In this document: positions 24,014-37,225 of the stretch, piece after piece | How the letters are laid out: each line of letters begins with the position of its first letter | Position numbering within the stretch: the stretch's first letter is position 1 | Assembly: GCF_963921235.1 (NCBI RefSeq) | Contig: NC_086108.1 | Span: forward strand, 91,576,001-91,640,000 | Length of the DNA stretch: 64,000 nt | DNA from: Mobula hypostoma | Lineage: Eukaryota | Reading direction: 5' to 3' | Notes under the pieces: generated by a model | What the model saw: only the letters and a program-made list of their open reading frames with translations | What the model was told of the DNA's origin: nothing | The model's database searches: none | Program-made: the position numbers and the translations under genes

Positions 24014-25597
24014 TATCGGATCTTGATGCTTCTGCAATCCAGAGGTCCTTCAGAAGTCAAGAACGAGGCATAGAACTTATTGCTAAGCAATTTTATTAAG
24101 TGTACAAGAACAAAGAAAGAGGATCTGAGAGAACAAAGAAAAGACAAAAGAAAAAAAATGCTCATGGTTCTCTCATACTCAGACCAGAGATAACAAAATT
24201 CCACTGATAACAATTAACCTATGACAGTGGTCCCCAACCACCGGGCCGCAAAGCTGTGAGGAAATGATATGATTTGGCGATAGGAGTCAGCTGCACCTTT
24301 CCATATTCCCTGTCACGTCCACTGTTGAGCTTGAATGTACACGAGGTCATGACCCGCGTGTCATCCATGTCAGCACGGGAAGGAGATCAACTCCTCGAGC
24401 TTGCAAATGACGGCGGGCTGAAGAGTATGTTAGACATAACATCTCTGCCGGCATTCTGGATCAAAGTCAAGGCTAAATATCCTGAGATAGCCACGAAAGC
24501 ACTGAAAACGTTGCTTCCATTTCCAACATATCTCTGCAATGAATGCAACAAAAACTAAATTGCGGAATAGACTGGACATGAGGAACCCCCTTCGAGTATC
24601 GCTGTCTCCCATCACCCCTCAATGGGACATTCTTGTTGCAGGGAAACAAGCCCAGGGCTCCCACTGATTCAGCGATATTGGTGTGTTGCAATGATTTTAT
24701 ATGTTCATACGGGGAAAATATGTGCTGTGTGTTTAATATCTAAATGTTACTTTAAATGTTATGATGCTATTGACTTATATAACTATATAACAATTACAAC
24801 TCTCCCCTTCTAGTCCGTGCCAATTGCTACTCTCACCCATTCCCACCGACCTGCACTCAGCCCATAACCCTCCATTCCTTTCCTGCCCATATACCCATCC
24901 AATTTTTCTTTAAATGATAATATCGAACCTGCCTCTACCACTGCTACTGGAAGATCGTTCAACACTTCCTTCAAGCTCCCCTGATAATTGACATCACTAT
25001 ATTCATGCGAGGAAAATATGCGCTATGTGTTTAATATTAAATTCGTTAGATAAACCCCTTTAGAAACGAAATTGAGTGTATTAGCCACTTATCACCTATA
25101 TTCCAGTCGTGATTAACACCACCCCCCCCCGCCATCTCCCGCGAGCAGAATTGCTAAAAACGATTTGTAGAAAAAAGTAGGCACGTATACACATGAGCAA
25201 GTCACGCATGCGCACTGGTGCCCGCGCAAGGATTCATGGTCATTGTAGTCTTTCTCAAGGTAAACGCAACGTATTTGACGGCTACTCTTGTCCATTGGCA
25301 ACCCTACCCCGCACCCCGCACCCCACCTCCCGGAGTCGGCCGGTCCGCAATATTAAACCGGTCCGCTGTGCCAAAAAGGTTGGGGACCCCTGACCTATGA
25401 AATAGCTACATTCAAGTGGTGCCACACCTGCTACTGAAAACTAAGAAGTTTCTTGAAAAATATAGAAACAACTGCACTGTAACTACTGGAAAATCCACTA
25501 AACAATTACATGTATATAGATTATTATATAAAAATAGAAGCAAACGTAGAAAAATTAAACCGCAAGAAATATAACAATTCTACATCCAAATGCAACA
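24014..25597 (-). mobile_element. Solo LTR (~410 bp net) carrying a nested hAT transposon
   Basis: 4-bp TSD AGGG (24010-24013, 25598-25601). Termini TATCGGA...GCAACA (consensus TGTTG...CAACA by comparison with 58368-58830). Reverse AATAAA near the left end. Confidence 0.65.
24225..25392 (+). mobile_element. hAT-Charlie (Charlie3/MER1-like) non-autonomous transposon with both ends intact
   Basis: TIRs CAGTGGTCCCCAACC / GGTTGGGGACCCCTG. Perfect 8-bp TSD ACCTATGA (24217-24224, 25393-25400). Transposase C-terminal fragment FWIKVKAKYPEIATKALKTLLPFPTYLC. Confidence 0.93.
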
Positions 25598-25849
25598 AGG
25601 GCACTTGGACAAGCATATAAACAGGCAGAGGACTGAGGGACATACTATAGACCGTGTGCAGGCAGATGAGATTAATTTAAATTGGCATCATGGTCATCGC
25701 AGATAGTGTTCACTGAAGAGCTTATTTCCTGTGCTGCATTAGTCTATGTTCTTTAACTAAGCAAGGGTCATTACCATCTTGTTTTCAAATGTTCTTATTG
25801 TGAAGTAACATCAGCTTAACCACAACCGACAATGTCCTAAAGTACAATG

Positions 25850-28320
25850 TCTCTTTTTTCTTTTCTTTCTTATAGCAACATAATGAAAGTCAAATGAGTG
25901 TATGCATAGTAACCAAGCAAAATGCAAAGGAAACATTACCACCCCATCTCCTTTCCCCTTCCCAGCCCTCCCCTCCCCTCACCCCTCCCGTATGTGCTGT
26001 TTAGGTCCTACCGCCACCCCCCACCCCAACACACTTAGTTCAGCTGTTGGTCTCTTCTAAATACAACAGTAATGGTTGCCAGATTTTTTCAAATTCGTTG
26101 AGTCTGTCCTTGATAACATATCTTATCCTCTCTAGATGCAGAGTATCCATTAACGCAGCCAGCCATTATCTGAGAGATGGAGTTTCCTCCTTTTTCCAGA
26201 ACATCAGTATGAGTTTCTTTCCATTAAGTATGTCATAGGTCAGGAGTTGTTGCTGGGTAGCCTGGAATTTAATTGACCTTGCAGAAGTTCCAAAATTATT
26301 AAAGTGGGGTCTGGTATTATCTGAACCTTTATTACCTTTGATAGGACCTCAAATATTTGCTTCCAATGCTCTTGTATCCTGGGACATAAAGCATAACTAT
26401 GTAACAAATTTGCCTCTGACGACTTGCATTTCTCACATGTTGGGGACACCTCTGCGAATATTTCATGAATCCTTACTTTTGAGTAGTGTGGTCTATGTAG
26501 GATTTTAAATGGTATTAAACATTGCCTGGCATTGATGGAACAGGAGTTAACATTCTCCAAAGCCTCATTCCATATAACCTACTCTAACTCTGTACCCAAC
26601 TCCTTTTCCCACTCTTTTATAATATTATCCATTCTTGTATGACACTTGTTTTGTATGGCATCTGTTTTGTATGGCACCATACAGATTGGCGATGATGTAT
26701 TCTGTCCCTAAACATGATCTTAAATGATTATCTCATTTATCAAGTTCTGCCGTCTCAGAACCAGAAAGATGTAATCTTATATAGTGTCTTAGCTGGAGAT
26801 ACCTGAAAAAGTGACTCTTTTGCAATCGGAATTTGTCCTGGAGCTGCCAAAATGATGCAAAAATCCCTTGTATGTAAGTCTCCAATGCTGCGTATCCCTA
26901 ATTCTCACCATATATCAAAGGCTCTATCTATACATGAGGGGATAAAAGAGGGGTTCGCTGATATAGGTACAAGAAAAGATAGATAATGTTCTGAGTTCCA
27001 AATGCGTCCCCATTTGTGTCCACATCTGTACGGTGCTATAGATAATGGGATTGCCTCTATAACAAGGTTTTATTTAACTGAATAGGGGACATAATGATTG
27101 CCCCTATGGAATATGGTAGGCAATCCTCATGCACCGTCTCCAACTATCCGGGAAGTACAATTGTATCATCTATCCAGTATGCTATATGGCTAATGTTAGC
27201 AGCCCAGTAATAAAAAAACAAAGTTGGGTAGTGCCAGCCCCCCACTAGTCTTATTCTTGCAGAGATGTTCCTTCTTAATTCGATGGGCTTTATAATTCCA
27301 TATAAAAGATAGAACTATAGAATCTAATCCTTTAAAAATGGTTTTGGTAAGATAGAGGGGCAGCTTTTGAAATAGATAGAGCAGTTGGGGAAGAAAGATC
27401 ATCTTGACTGCATTTACTCTACCTACTAAAGCAATTGGGAGTGTCTTCCAAAATTCTATTTTCTTTTTAATCTTTTCAATTAGAGGGATAAAATAGAGAA
27501 CTATACTTTTTGGTTATTACAATTCCAAGGTAAGTAAACTTCTCAAGGGTTATTTTGAATGGAAATTGTTTACGCCCCTCCTATTCTTCTACTCGGACTG
27601 GGAATAATTCACTTTTCCCCCAATTAATCTTATACCCCAAGAAAGTGGCAAATAAATTGACTATTTCCAGCAAAACCGGAATAGTAATATATGGTTTCGT
27701 TACAAACAACAAAACATTGTCCGCATAAAGGGAAATTTTGTTGATAGTATATTCTGTATTGTACTGTAGCCCAAATTTTGGGGTGAGAACGTATAGTCTC
27801 CGCCAGTGGATCCAGGGCCAACGCAAACAATAAGGGACTGAATGCACAGCCCTGCCTTGTGCCCCTGTGCAAACTGAATGGTTCCAAGAGGCTAGTTAGT
27901 ATTTTAGCACTAGGGTTACTGTATAGTAGCTTAATCCAAGTTATAAATTTGTCTCCCATTCTAAATTTTTTCAAAACCTCGTAGAAGTATTGCCGTTCCA
28001 CTTGGTCAAATGCTTTCTCAGCATCTAAATTTAATATTATAAGGTCTTCCTTAGGATGTCTTGAGGAATGCATTATATTAAGAAGACGCCTGACGTTATG
28101 GAAAGAATTCCTTTTAGGGATAAACCCTGTTTGATTTGAGTGTACCAATTTATTTATCTGCTGACTGAGTCTCCTTCCCAGCACTTTAGCCAAAATTTTC
28201 TGATCTGAATTTAGCAGTGAAATCGGCCTATAAGATCCTACCTCCTCTGGGTCGTTGTCCTTCTTCGGAAAAGGGTCATTACTATTTTGTACACAAAAAG
28301 AAAAATCTCTTCATTTCTGA
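25850..28320 (-). mobile_element. L1-clade LINE ORF2 (RT) pseudogene, frameshifted and 5'-truncated
   Basis: NQTGFIPKR, LDAEKAFDQVE, GTRQGCAFSPLLFALALDPL, LYADNVLLF, YKINWGKSEL, GGLALPNF and a C-terminal CEKC...H...C zinc knuckle. Confidence 0.92.
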
Positions 28321-28958
28321 AAGACAGCATTGTTTAAAGTTTGAAAACTTTGCTTCTAAAATTCTTAATATTTATTGTAAGAAAAAATGTCTCATGAAAC
28401 ATCATTCAAAGCTGCAAGGTAAATTTCCACCTGCGTGCTGATCACACCTAAATTAGTAAATGGTTTATTATTGGTGCACATACCAAGGTACAGTAAAAAA
28501 CTTATCTTGCATGCCTTTTATACAGATTGATTCATTACAGCAGTGCATTGAGATGGTACAAGATGGAAGAAGAGCATGGATTACAGAGAAGGTGCAGTCA
28601 GTTAGACAATGTAAGTACAAGGCATTAATAAGGTAGATTGTGTGTTAAGGAACCCATCTTATTCTACTGGAGAACAGTTACAGCAACAGGATAAATTGTT
28701 TCTGGCATGGACTAGATGGGCCAAAGGGCTTGCTTTTGTGCCATACTTTTCTACGACTCTGTGACTCTAAATATAGCATCAACATGAATTATGGAAAGAG
28801 ATTAATTTAAGAGAAGTCAAATAGAGGGAAGTGTTTTAGTATAATAAATGTCTTGACTCAGGTTAATATTCCTGCTGAATACAAAATTTGATTAAAGATT
28901 TTTTGATTTGTAAGTGGCTCACTAACAATATTTTATATATTTGTAAAATAGTTTATTT

Positions 28959-29744
28959 TAGAAACATAGAAACATAGAAAATAGGTGCAGGAGTAGGCCA
29001 TTCGGCCCTTCGAGCCTGCACCGCCATTTATTATGATCATGGCTGATCATCCAACTCAGAACCCAGCCTTCCCTCCATACCCCCTGACCCCTGTAGCCAC
29101 AAGGGCCATATCTAACTTCCTTTTAAACATAGCTAATGAACTGGCCTCAACAGTTTGCTGTGGCAGAGAATTCCACAGATTCACCACTCTCTGTGTGAAG
29201 AAGTTTTTCCTAATCTCGGTCCTAAAAGTCTTCCCCTCTATCCTCAAACTGTGACCCCTCGTTCTGGACCTCCCCAACATCGGGAACAATCTTCCCGCAT
29301 CTAGCCTGTCCAATCCCTTTAGGATCTTATACGTTTCAATCAGATCCCCCCTCAATCTTCTAAATTCCAACGAGTACAAGCCCAGTTCATCCAGTCTTTC
29401 TTCATATGAAAGTCCTGCCATCCCAGGAATCAATCTGGTGAACCTTCTTTGTACTCCCTCTATGGCAAAGATGTCTTTCCTCAGATTAGGGGACCAAAAC
29501 TGCACACAATACTCCAGGTGTGGTCTCACCAAGGCCTTGTACAACTGCAGTAGTACCTCCCTGCTCCTGTACTCGAATCCTCTCGCTATAAATGCCAGCA
29601 TACCGTTCGCCTTTTTCACCGCCTGCTGTACCTGCATGCCCACTTTCAATGACTGGTGTATAATGACACCCAGGTCTCGTTGCACCTCCCCTTTTCCTAA
29701 TCGGCCACCATTCAGATAATAATCTGTTTTCCTATTTTTGCCAT
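28959..29744 (-). mobile_element. Young 5'-truncated CR1 LINE
   Basis: Uninterrupted ORF (QRDLGV...LVRPHLEYCVQFWSP...TRGHSL...FTQRVVNLWNSLP) with a (TATGTTTC)n tail. Confidence 0.95.
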
Positions 29745-29789
29745 TTTGCATGTACTGTCCCAACAAAATCCTCAGATCTTTCTCAGTAA

Positions 29790-31560
29790 TCATTCCATTT
29801 AAGTGGAGCATCCTATAATCTAAATCCTATCTGACCTTAGCAATTGTCTTACATTTGTCTCCCTTTGCATGGACCTCAGTGAGCTCCATGTCCACCATGG
29901 TGCTGAGCTCTTCCTCTGCCACCTCTGTGTCCATGCCCACTTCTTTAGCAAGGATTTCCCACCCAGCAGTGATGACCCCTTCTTCCACCTCCAACCCTCC
30001 TCCTCTTCTCGGACACCTCTCTCTGGTTCACTTCCTGCTCTGGACCTTTTCATTTGTAATTGCCGACGAGACATTGACTTGCTGGACTTCAGCACTCCTC
30101 TCTCCTCTTCAAACTTTAACCCCTCTGAACCCACTGTCCTCGTCTCTATCCGCACCAATCCCGATCTCACCATCAAACCCACAGGCAAAGTGGGAGCTGT
30201 TGTAGTCTGGCAGAATGATCTCTACCTTGCGGAGGCAAGGTGCTAACCCTCAGACACCTCCTCTTACCTACCTCTTGAAAAAGACCCCTTTCAGGCCTAT
30301 TGCCTCCTGCACTATCCCCAACCTCATCAACTCTGGAGATCTCCCATCCACTGTCACCAATCTCGAATTTCCCTTATCCTGGTTCACTCATTTCTAACCA
30401 TTATTGAAGATCCATAAACCTAACTGTCCAGGTTGGTCCATTGTTTCTGCCTGCTCTAGCCCCACTGAACTTGTGGCTGCATACCTCAACTTCATTTTAT
30501 CCCCCTTATTTCAGTCCCTTCCCACCTACATCCACAACACTTCATATGCTCTCGATCTCCTCAACAACTTTCAATTCCCTGACCATGATTACCTCATTTC
30601 CCCCATGGATGTCCAGTTCCTATACACTTCTATCCCCCATCTAGAAGGCCTTAAAGTTTTCCACTTCTTTATTGACAACAGACCCGACCAGTTCCCCTCC
30701 ACTACCATCTTCCTCCATCTAGCAGAACTGGTCCTTACTCTCAACAATTTCTCTTTTGATTCTTCTCACCTTTTCCAAACTTAAGGTGTAGCCATGGGCA
30801 ACCACATGGGCCCCAGCTATGCCTACCTTTTCTTTGAACAGTCCACATTGCAAGCCTTGCATCGTAATGCTTCTCAACTCTTTCTGCACTACATAGCCTC
30901 CTCTACATTGATGAGAACCGACATAAACTGGGGGACCACTCTGTCAGGAACCTTTGCTCTATCCACAAAAACCAGAATTTCCCAGTGGCTAACTATTCAA
31001 TTCCAATCTCCGTTCCCATTCCAACCTGTTGGTCCATTGCCTCCCCTTCAATAAAGATAAGGCCACTCTCAGGTTGGAGGAGCAACACCTTCTATTCTGT
31101 TTGGGTAGCTTCCTACCTGATGGTGAACATTGATTTCTCCAACTTCTGGTAATTTTTCCCTCCTCTTTCCCTCTTCATTTCCAAAATCTGCCCCCCCATT
31201 ACCTCTTCTCCCAACCTGCCTATCACCCCCCACCACCAGTGCCACTCCTCCTTCCCTTTCTCCTATGGTCCACTCTCCTCTCCTATCAGATTCCTTCTTC
31301 TCTCGCCCTGTACCCTTTCCACCATTCACCTCCCAGCTTCTTACTTCATACTCCCTCCCCCACCCACCTGACTTCATCTATCATCTTCTAGCTTGTACTC
31401 ACCACCCCCACCCCCCAGCTTCTCATTCTGGCATTCTTCCTTTCTAGGCCTGAAACATCGACTGTTTATTCTTTTCCATAGATACTGCCTGACCTGCTGA
31501 GGTCCTTCAGCATTTTGTGTGTATTGCTCTGGATTTCCAGCATCTACAAAATCTCTCGTC
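29790..31560 (+). mobile_element. Decayed Penelope-like element (RT and terminal repeat)
   Basis: IKPTGKVGAVVVW, KIHKPNCPGWSIVSACSSPTE, MDVQFLYTSIPH, NNFSF, GVAMGNHMGPSYA motifs with stops and deletions. Tail GCATCTACAAAATCTCTCG. Confidence 0.85.
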
Positions 31561-32189
31561 TTTATTCTACCTTTTCCTACAAATGGTGGTTGGCATAAAC
31601 AAAAAATAGTTTGATCTTACCCAATGACAGTGCATAGGCGTGAGTAGAGTTCATTTCATGTATATTTGTAGATCTTGATGCATTTGGACTATTTGAAATG
31701 GTTCCCAAGATCATCATTGTCTACCTAAAGTAATATTACCTGGTTTATTGACAACATTCTTTGTTGGCAGATATACTTGGATGGAGTCTATTCCTCAGTT
31801 CATTTATAGAATACGGATCCCACCATCATTTTATTGCAGAAACCAAAACTAGACCATCATCCTTTTAGACACATATTCCTATTCATCCTGTGGTAGTGTT
31901 GTTGGAAGGCTCACGTAAAGCATAAATACTGATACAGACTTGCTTTTAAGATGTATATAGTGACTATTTGCTTGTATGATACAAAGTTCATTCAGTATTG
32001 TTTCGACTTCATTTATTCCATTACATTTGATAGATAACGGATGGTTCTGTCATTGAAGTTGTGCAGAAAAGATCTGAAACTATCAGAGAAATGTCACATG
32101 CAGTATATGAATCAACTTAAAGGAATTGCTTTGCATATTAAGTGCATATTTTTAAGCGCAGTGCCAAATTGGAAAGATTAGGTACAGGA

Positions 32190-32600
32190 CAAATTGAGGG
32201 GGTGGAGTACAGGCCCCGCAGTGTATCGAGGTGACTGAACCTGATGTTTGGACGAAGACTTAGGCAGATTGAAAAGTTCAGGCTGTCAGGGCCCGAGGCA
32301 AGGGACAGGTCGGTTCAGTTTGCTGCTCCATGATGTTTACTCGGTTCTGCGCTGAACTGTGCTGAACTATGGGCCTCTCTCTGCTGACTTCAGTTCAGAA
32401 ATTGCTATTTGCTTGCAGTTATCAGTTTGCATGATTTGGCTTTTTTCCTCTCTGCACATTGGGTGTTTGATGGTCTTTCTCTTTATCTGAGCTTTTTGGA
32501 TTTCTTTGTTTTGTGGCTGCCAGTTAGGAGATGTATCTCAAGGTTGTATAATGTATACATACTTTGATAGTAAATGTACTTAGAAGTTTGAATTTTGAGA
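32190..32600 (+). mobile_element. Non-coding SINE-like repeat sharing the LINE 3' tail; similar copies at ~48060-48400 and ~52230-52900
   Basis: Shared TGCACATTGGGTGTTTGA (also ~52853) and TACTTTGATA.TAAATGTA tail motifs, matching the end of the LINE at 18600-19555. Confidence 0.5.
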
Positions 32601-33769
32601 TAAAGCCAGTATGGGTTTTCTTTAAACCATAAGTATAGCAAGAATAAACAGCCAAGTGTCTGAAGCAGCAGTGTAATAGGTATAATGAAAGGTGAAACTA
32701 ATACGGTACGTCACAAACACAAGAGTTTCTGCAGATGCTGGAAATACAGAGCAACACACCATAGGTGTTGAAGGATCTCAGCAGGTCAGGCAGTATCTGT
32801 GAAGAGGAATAAACAGTCAATATTTCGGGCTGTGATCCTTCATCTGCAGACTGCATCTCGAGTGTTTCACAAAGTCTTTGTTTTAAAGATCACTTTAAAA
32901 GATTGAAAAACAGAATATTCCCACAGAAAAGAATAGTCAGATTTGAAACATTATTAACTAAAGAAATTTTCTTGTGGTTTTAAACTATATTCACTATGCA
33001 GAAAGTGAATTTCTAAGCAGTGTTCATAGTGATTCTGATTTTCTGACACAAAAGAGTAACTAATGGAACTTTCCAGTTCAATGTTCTCTCCCATGTTGCA
33101 TTTGTCAAGTCAGCCATTCAAATTTTCTATGTTCTTGACATTTTCCAAATTTAAGATTTTGGTAACTGGGAGATAGAACAAGTAAATTCAAATGTCCAGA
33201 ATTCGAAAATTGAATAGAAAACATTACAGCACAGAATAGCCCTTTCTGTCCACAACATTGTGTGACCTTTTTACCTAATCCAACATTAATCTCACCCTTC
33301 CCTCGCACATAAGCCTCCATTTTACTTTCATTCATGTGTCTATCTGATAGTCTCTTAAATGTTTCTAATGTATCTGCCTGTACCACCATCCCTGGCAGTG
33401 CATTTCACACATTTGTCAGTCTATATACAAAGAACTACCTCCGACATCCCCTATATTTTCCTCCAAGCAACTTAAAAATATGCCCTTATATATTAGCCAT
33501 TGTAGCCCTAGGGAAAATTTGCTGGCTGACCATTCTATCTATGCCTCTTATCATCTCACGCACCTCTATCAAGTCACCTCTCATCCTCCTTCACTCCGAA
33601 GAAAGCACTAACTCGCTCAACTTATCCTCATAGGACACCCTCTCTAATTCAGGCAGCATCCTGATAAATCTCTTCAGCACACTCTTCTAAAGCTTCTATG
33701 TTTCCTCATAATGAGGCAACCAGAAGTAAACACAATACTCTCAGTGTGGTCCAAGCAGAGATTTATAGA

Positions 33770-33964
33770 AACAAGAGAAAATCTGCAGATGCTGGAGATC
33801 CAAGCAACACACACAATATGCTGGAGGAGCTCAGCAGGCCAGGCAGCATCTATGGAAAAGAGTCTTGCTGAAGGGTCTTGGCCTGAAATGTCAACTGTAT
33901 TCTTTTCCATAGATGTTGCCTGGCCTGTTGAGTTCCTCCAGCATTTTGTGTGTGTGTGTGTGTT
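33770..33964. mobile_element. Short palindromic Penelope-tail element with 15-bp TSD
   Basis: TSD GCAGAGATTTA(T/C)AGA at 33755-33769 and 33965-33979. Inverted arms flank a degenerate hammerhead (AGTC-TTGCTGA-AGGGTCTTGGCCT-GAAA-TGTC-AACT). Confidence 0.8.
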
Positions 33965-34276
33965 GCAGAGATTTACAGAGCTACATTACATCAACTAATG
34001 AAGACCAACAATGCCACAACTAATGACGACCAACACACCATGCGCCTTTTTAAGTACCTTATCAAACTAAGTGTCAACGTTGAGGGATCTATGGACATAA
34101 ACCCTCGAGACTCCATACTAAGAATTCTGTCACTAACGTTGTACTCTGCCTTCAAGTTTGACCTTCCTAAGTGCATTACTACACACTTTTCCAGATTGAA
34201 TTCCAACTGCCACTTCATAGCCCAGCTCTGAATCCTATCAATGTCCCATTGCAACCCACGTCAACTTTCTACAATA

Positions 34277-35021
34277 TAGAAACATAGAAACATAGAAACA
34301 TAGAAAATAGGTGCAGGAGTAGGCCATTCGGCCCTTCGAGCCTGCACCGCCATTTATTATGATCATGGCTGATCATCCAACTCAGAACCCAGCCTTCCCT
34401 CCATACCCCCTGACCCCTGTAGCCACAAGGGCCATATCTAACTTCCTTTTAAACATAGCTAATGAACTGGCCTCAACAGTTTGCTGTGGCAGAGAATTCC
34501 ACAGATTCACCACTCTCTGTGTGAAGAAGTTTTTCCTAACCTCGGTCCTAAAAGGCTTCCCCTCTATCCTCAAACTGTGACCCCTCGTTCTAGACCTCCC
34601 CAACATCGGGAACAATCTTCCTGCATCTAGCCTGTCCAATCCCTTTAGGATCTTATACGTTTCAATCAGATCCCCCCTCAATCTTCTAAATTCCAACGAG
34701 TACAAGCCCAGTTCATCCAGTCTTTCTTCATATGAAAGACCTGCCATCCCAGGAATCAATCTGGTGAACCTTCTTTGTACTCCCTCTATGGCAAAGATGT
34801 CTTTCCTCAGATTAGGGGACCAAAACTGCACACAATACTCCAGGTGTGGTCTCACCAAGGCCTTGTACAACTGCAGTAGTACCTCCCTGCTCCTGTACTC
34901 GAATCCTCTCGCTATAAATGCCAGCATACCGTTCGCCTTTTTCACCGCCTGCTGTACCTGCATGCCCACTTTCAATGACTGGTGTATAATGACACCCAGG
35001 TCTCGTTGCACCTCCCCTTTT
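34277..35021 (-). mobile_element. Young 5'-truncated CR1 LINE, near-identical to 28959-29744
   Basis: ORF 34382-35035 almost identical to 29056-29811, with the same (TATGTTTC)n tail. Confidence 0.95.
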
Positions 35022-36785
35022 TCGCAACACCACAAACCTTTGTGTCATCTGCACTGAAAGAAAACTTTGCTCAATAAGTATACCAAGAACCTTTATTTTT
35101 ATTTTTGCTGGCATTAACCTTTGTCTTAGGTTGTGCACCAGTTCATTTTGTAATTGTAATTTCCGGAGCAAACCAAGATTTCCAGAAGTTTATCTGGAAA
35201 CTCATTTCGTATTTTTGGCTTTTCCATAAAACACACAAAATGAACCACTCAGCCCATCAAGTTCCAGAGTAGTAATCTGAGTTTCATTCACAGGCAACTC
35301 CCAGTTGCCAATCAGTATATTTTTGAAATATGAGCAGAAACTAAAGTATTCTTATGGTCACAGGGAGGACCAACGAATTTAATGTCGACAGTATGTACAG
35401 TCATGAAGGAATGAGGTTACTAGAGCAATAGTTATAGCTAATGCACCACTGCCACAGGTCACAGAATCTTTTTGATTTACAGTGACCAACAAGAAATACA
35501 GAATAAAGGGTGAACACAATGCAGAAAGTTCTGAACTACAAACAATAAGTTTTATAAAATAGCAGACAATGTGGATCAGAATTTATTTGGTAGGGATGCA
35601 GGTTTTAGTATCATCAGGAAAATCTGGATGTAAATGCAGCACTCTTGTCAGTAATTTTTACCCCAGATATTGTATTACCATGTCATTTCTGGACTTGTGA
35701 CCATTCACTTTAGACAAATATGATGGGAATGCACCTATTTCAATTCTCACACGTAAGACAATTTTCTAAACATACAACTTGTTGGATTTTGAGATGCACT
35801 GGAAGATAGTGGGAGAGCACAACCTGGGCATACACAGTCTCTTTGTTGCAGTAAACCCTCCCTCGATGTGATGTTGGAGATCAGAAGGACAGCCTCTCTG
35901 CCAGCCGAGGGAAATAAGTGAAGTAAAGAAGGTACAGTTTGAGTTTGCCATTGTGGTCAGCATGGTGTCATTTTTGTGGATTCAGTGCTGATAGTGAATT
36001 ACTGAGACAAGCAAAGCAGAAGAGGTGAGTGCAGTAGCATGTTCACCGACAGTACATTATGATACATCATCCTTTTCACCTTCCTCAGCTATCTCAAGGT
36101 TACTTCAGCATATCCATCTTCAGCTTACCTCACAGGTATTCCAACACCTCCATGAACTTTTACACCTCACCATATACCACAACCAATGGCCTTTGTAAGA
36201 AAATCCATGTAAAATAGAATCTTTTGGTCATAAAATGGAGACAACCAAAGAGAATAATGGGAAGAGTGGCTCTGGCTGAAAATATGGAGACTTTGGACAG
36301 AAGGCTGTAAGAAAAAATCTGCTCATGGCAACAGGCAGATAAGGAATATATTCACAGCCAAAGGGCAGCTGTATAATACATTATTTTACAAAATGAATGA
36401 GGAAAATTATTGACAAAAATATATGAAAATATGATCATTTATTTCAATAGTCTGAAGGAATAAACCTATTTTCAATTATTTAGCTTACTTCAGCAAAGTG
36501 TTCAATTATCAGCAGAAAAGTACATTTTTCTGTACTTGCGAATGAAAGCAATCTGAGATTTTCGAGAGAGCTCCATGGAGATTGAAGTCTGGCTTAATGC
36601 TTGAAAAGAACATTATTAAAAGCAAGTGAATGTTTGCTTGGTCAGTCAGAATATATTTGCAGAACGTAATTTTGATAAACATTGCTGCATGCACACTCTC
36701 TGTCCAATACCAGAAGTAAAACATTTTAATATCTGATTTCTGCAGTGAGCTACTGGTTTAATATAGGGTTTAATAAACAGTAATA

Positions 36786-37090
36786 GGATGGCACAGTAGC
36801 ATAGCAGTTAGTGCAATTCACCAGCGATCACCAAATAGGGTTCGATTCCCACCACTGTCTGTAAGGCATTTGTATATTCTCCCAATTATAGCATGGGTTT
36901 CCTCCGGGTGCTCTGGTTTCCTTGCACATTAGCGTTAGTGAATTGTGGGCATGCTACACTGGTGCCAGAAGTGAGACTTGTGGACTGCCCCCAGCATAAT
37001 CCTTGGAATGCATTGGTTGCTGACGCAAAATGGAGCATTTAACTGGACGCTTCGATGTTTTGATGCATATGTGACAAAAAAAGCTAATCT
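36786..37090 (+). mobile_element. tRNA-derived SINE
   Basis: A-box-like GGCACAGTAGCATAGCAGTTAG and B-box GGTTCGATTCCC, then GGGTTTCCTCCGGGTGCTCTGGTTTCC. Relatives at ~7190-7440, ~17690-17830 (minus) and ~46475-46620. Confidence 0.75.
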
Positions 37091-37225
37091 TTAAAAAATC
37101 ATTAATACTGTAGTGTATTAACTGTGTGGCTAAAAGAAAATGCCTGTTCTAGTAGCATAGTGAGATGAAGTGTGTGGCATGAAATTCTTATACTCTCAGC
37201 AAAACGTGCTAACTTATGAGTTGAC

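Larger units (their letters stand above)
23570..25755 (+). mobile_element. CR1 3' fragment (23570-24013 and 25598-25755) split by an LTR insertion
   Basis: ACATTTAAG-AGGG...AGGG-CACTTGGAC rejoins into continuous CR1 3' sequence, ending in a CTATGTTCT tail. Confidence 0.7.
33210..35055 (-). mobile_element. Older CR1 fragment hosting two younger insertions
   Basis: ORF 33991-34254 DIDRIQSWAMKWQLEFNLEKCVVMHLG. Resumes at 35022-35053 (TTTGTGTCATCTGCA, reverse ADDTK). Confidence 0.8.
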
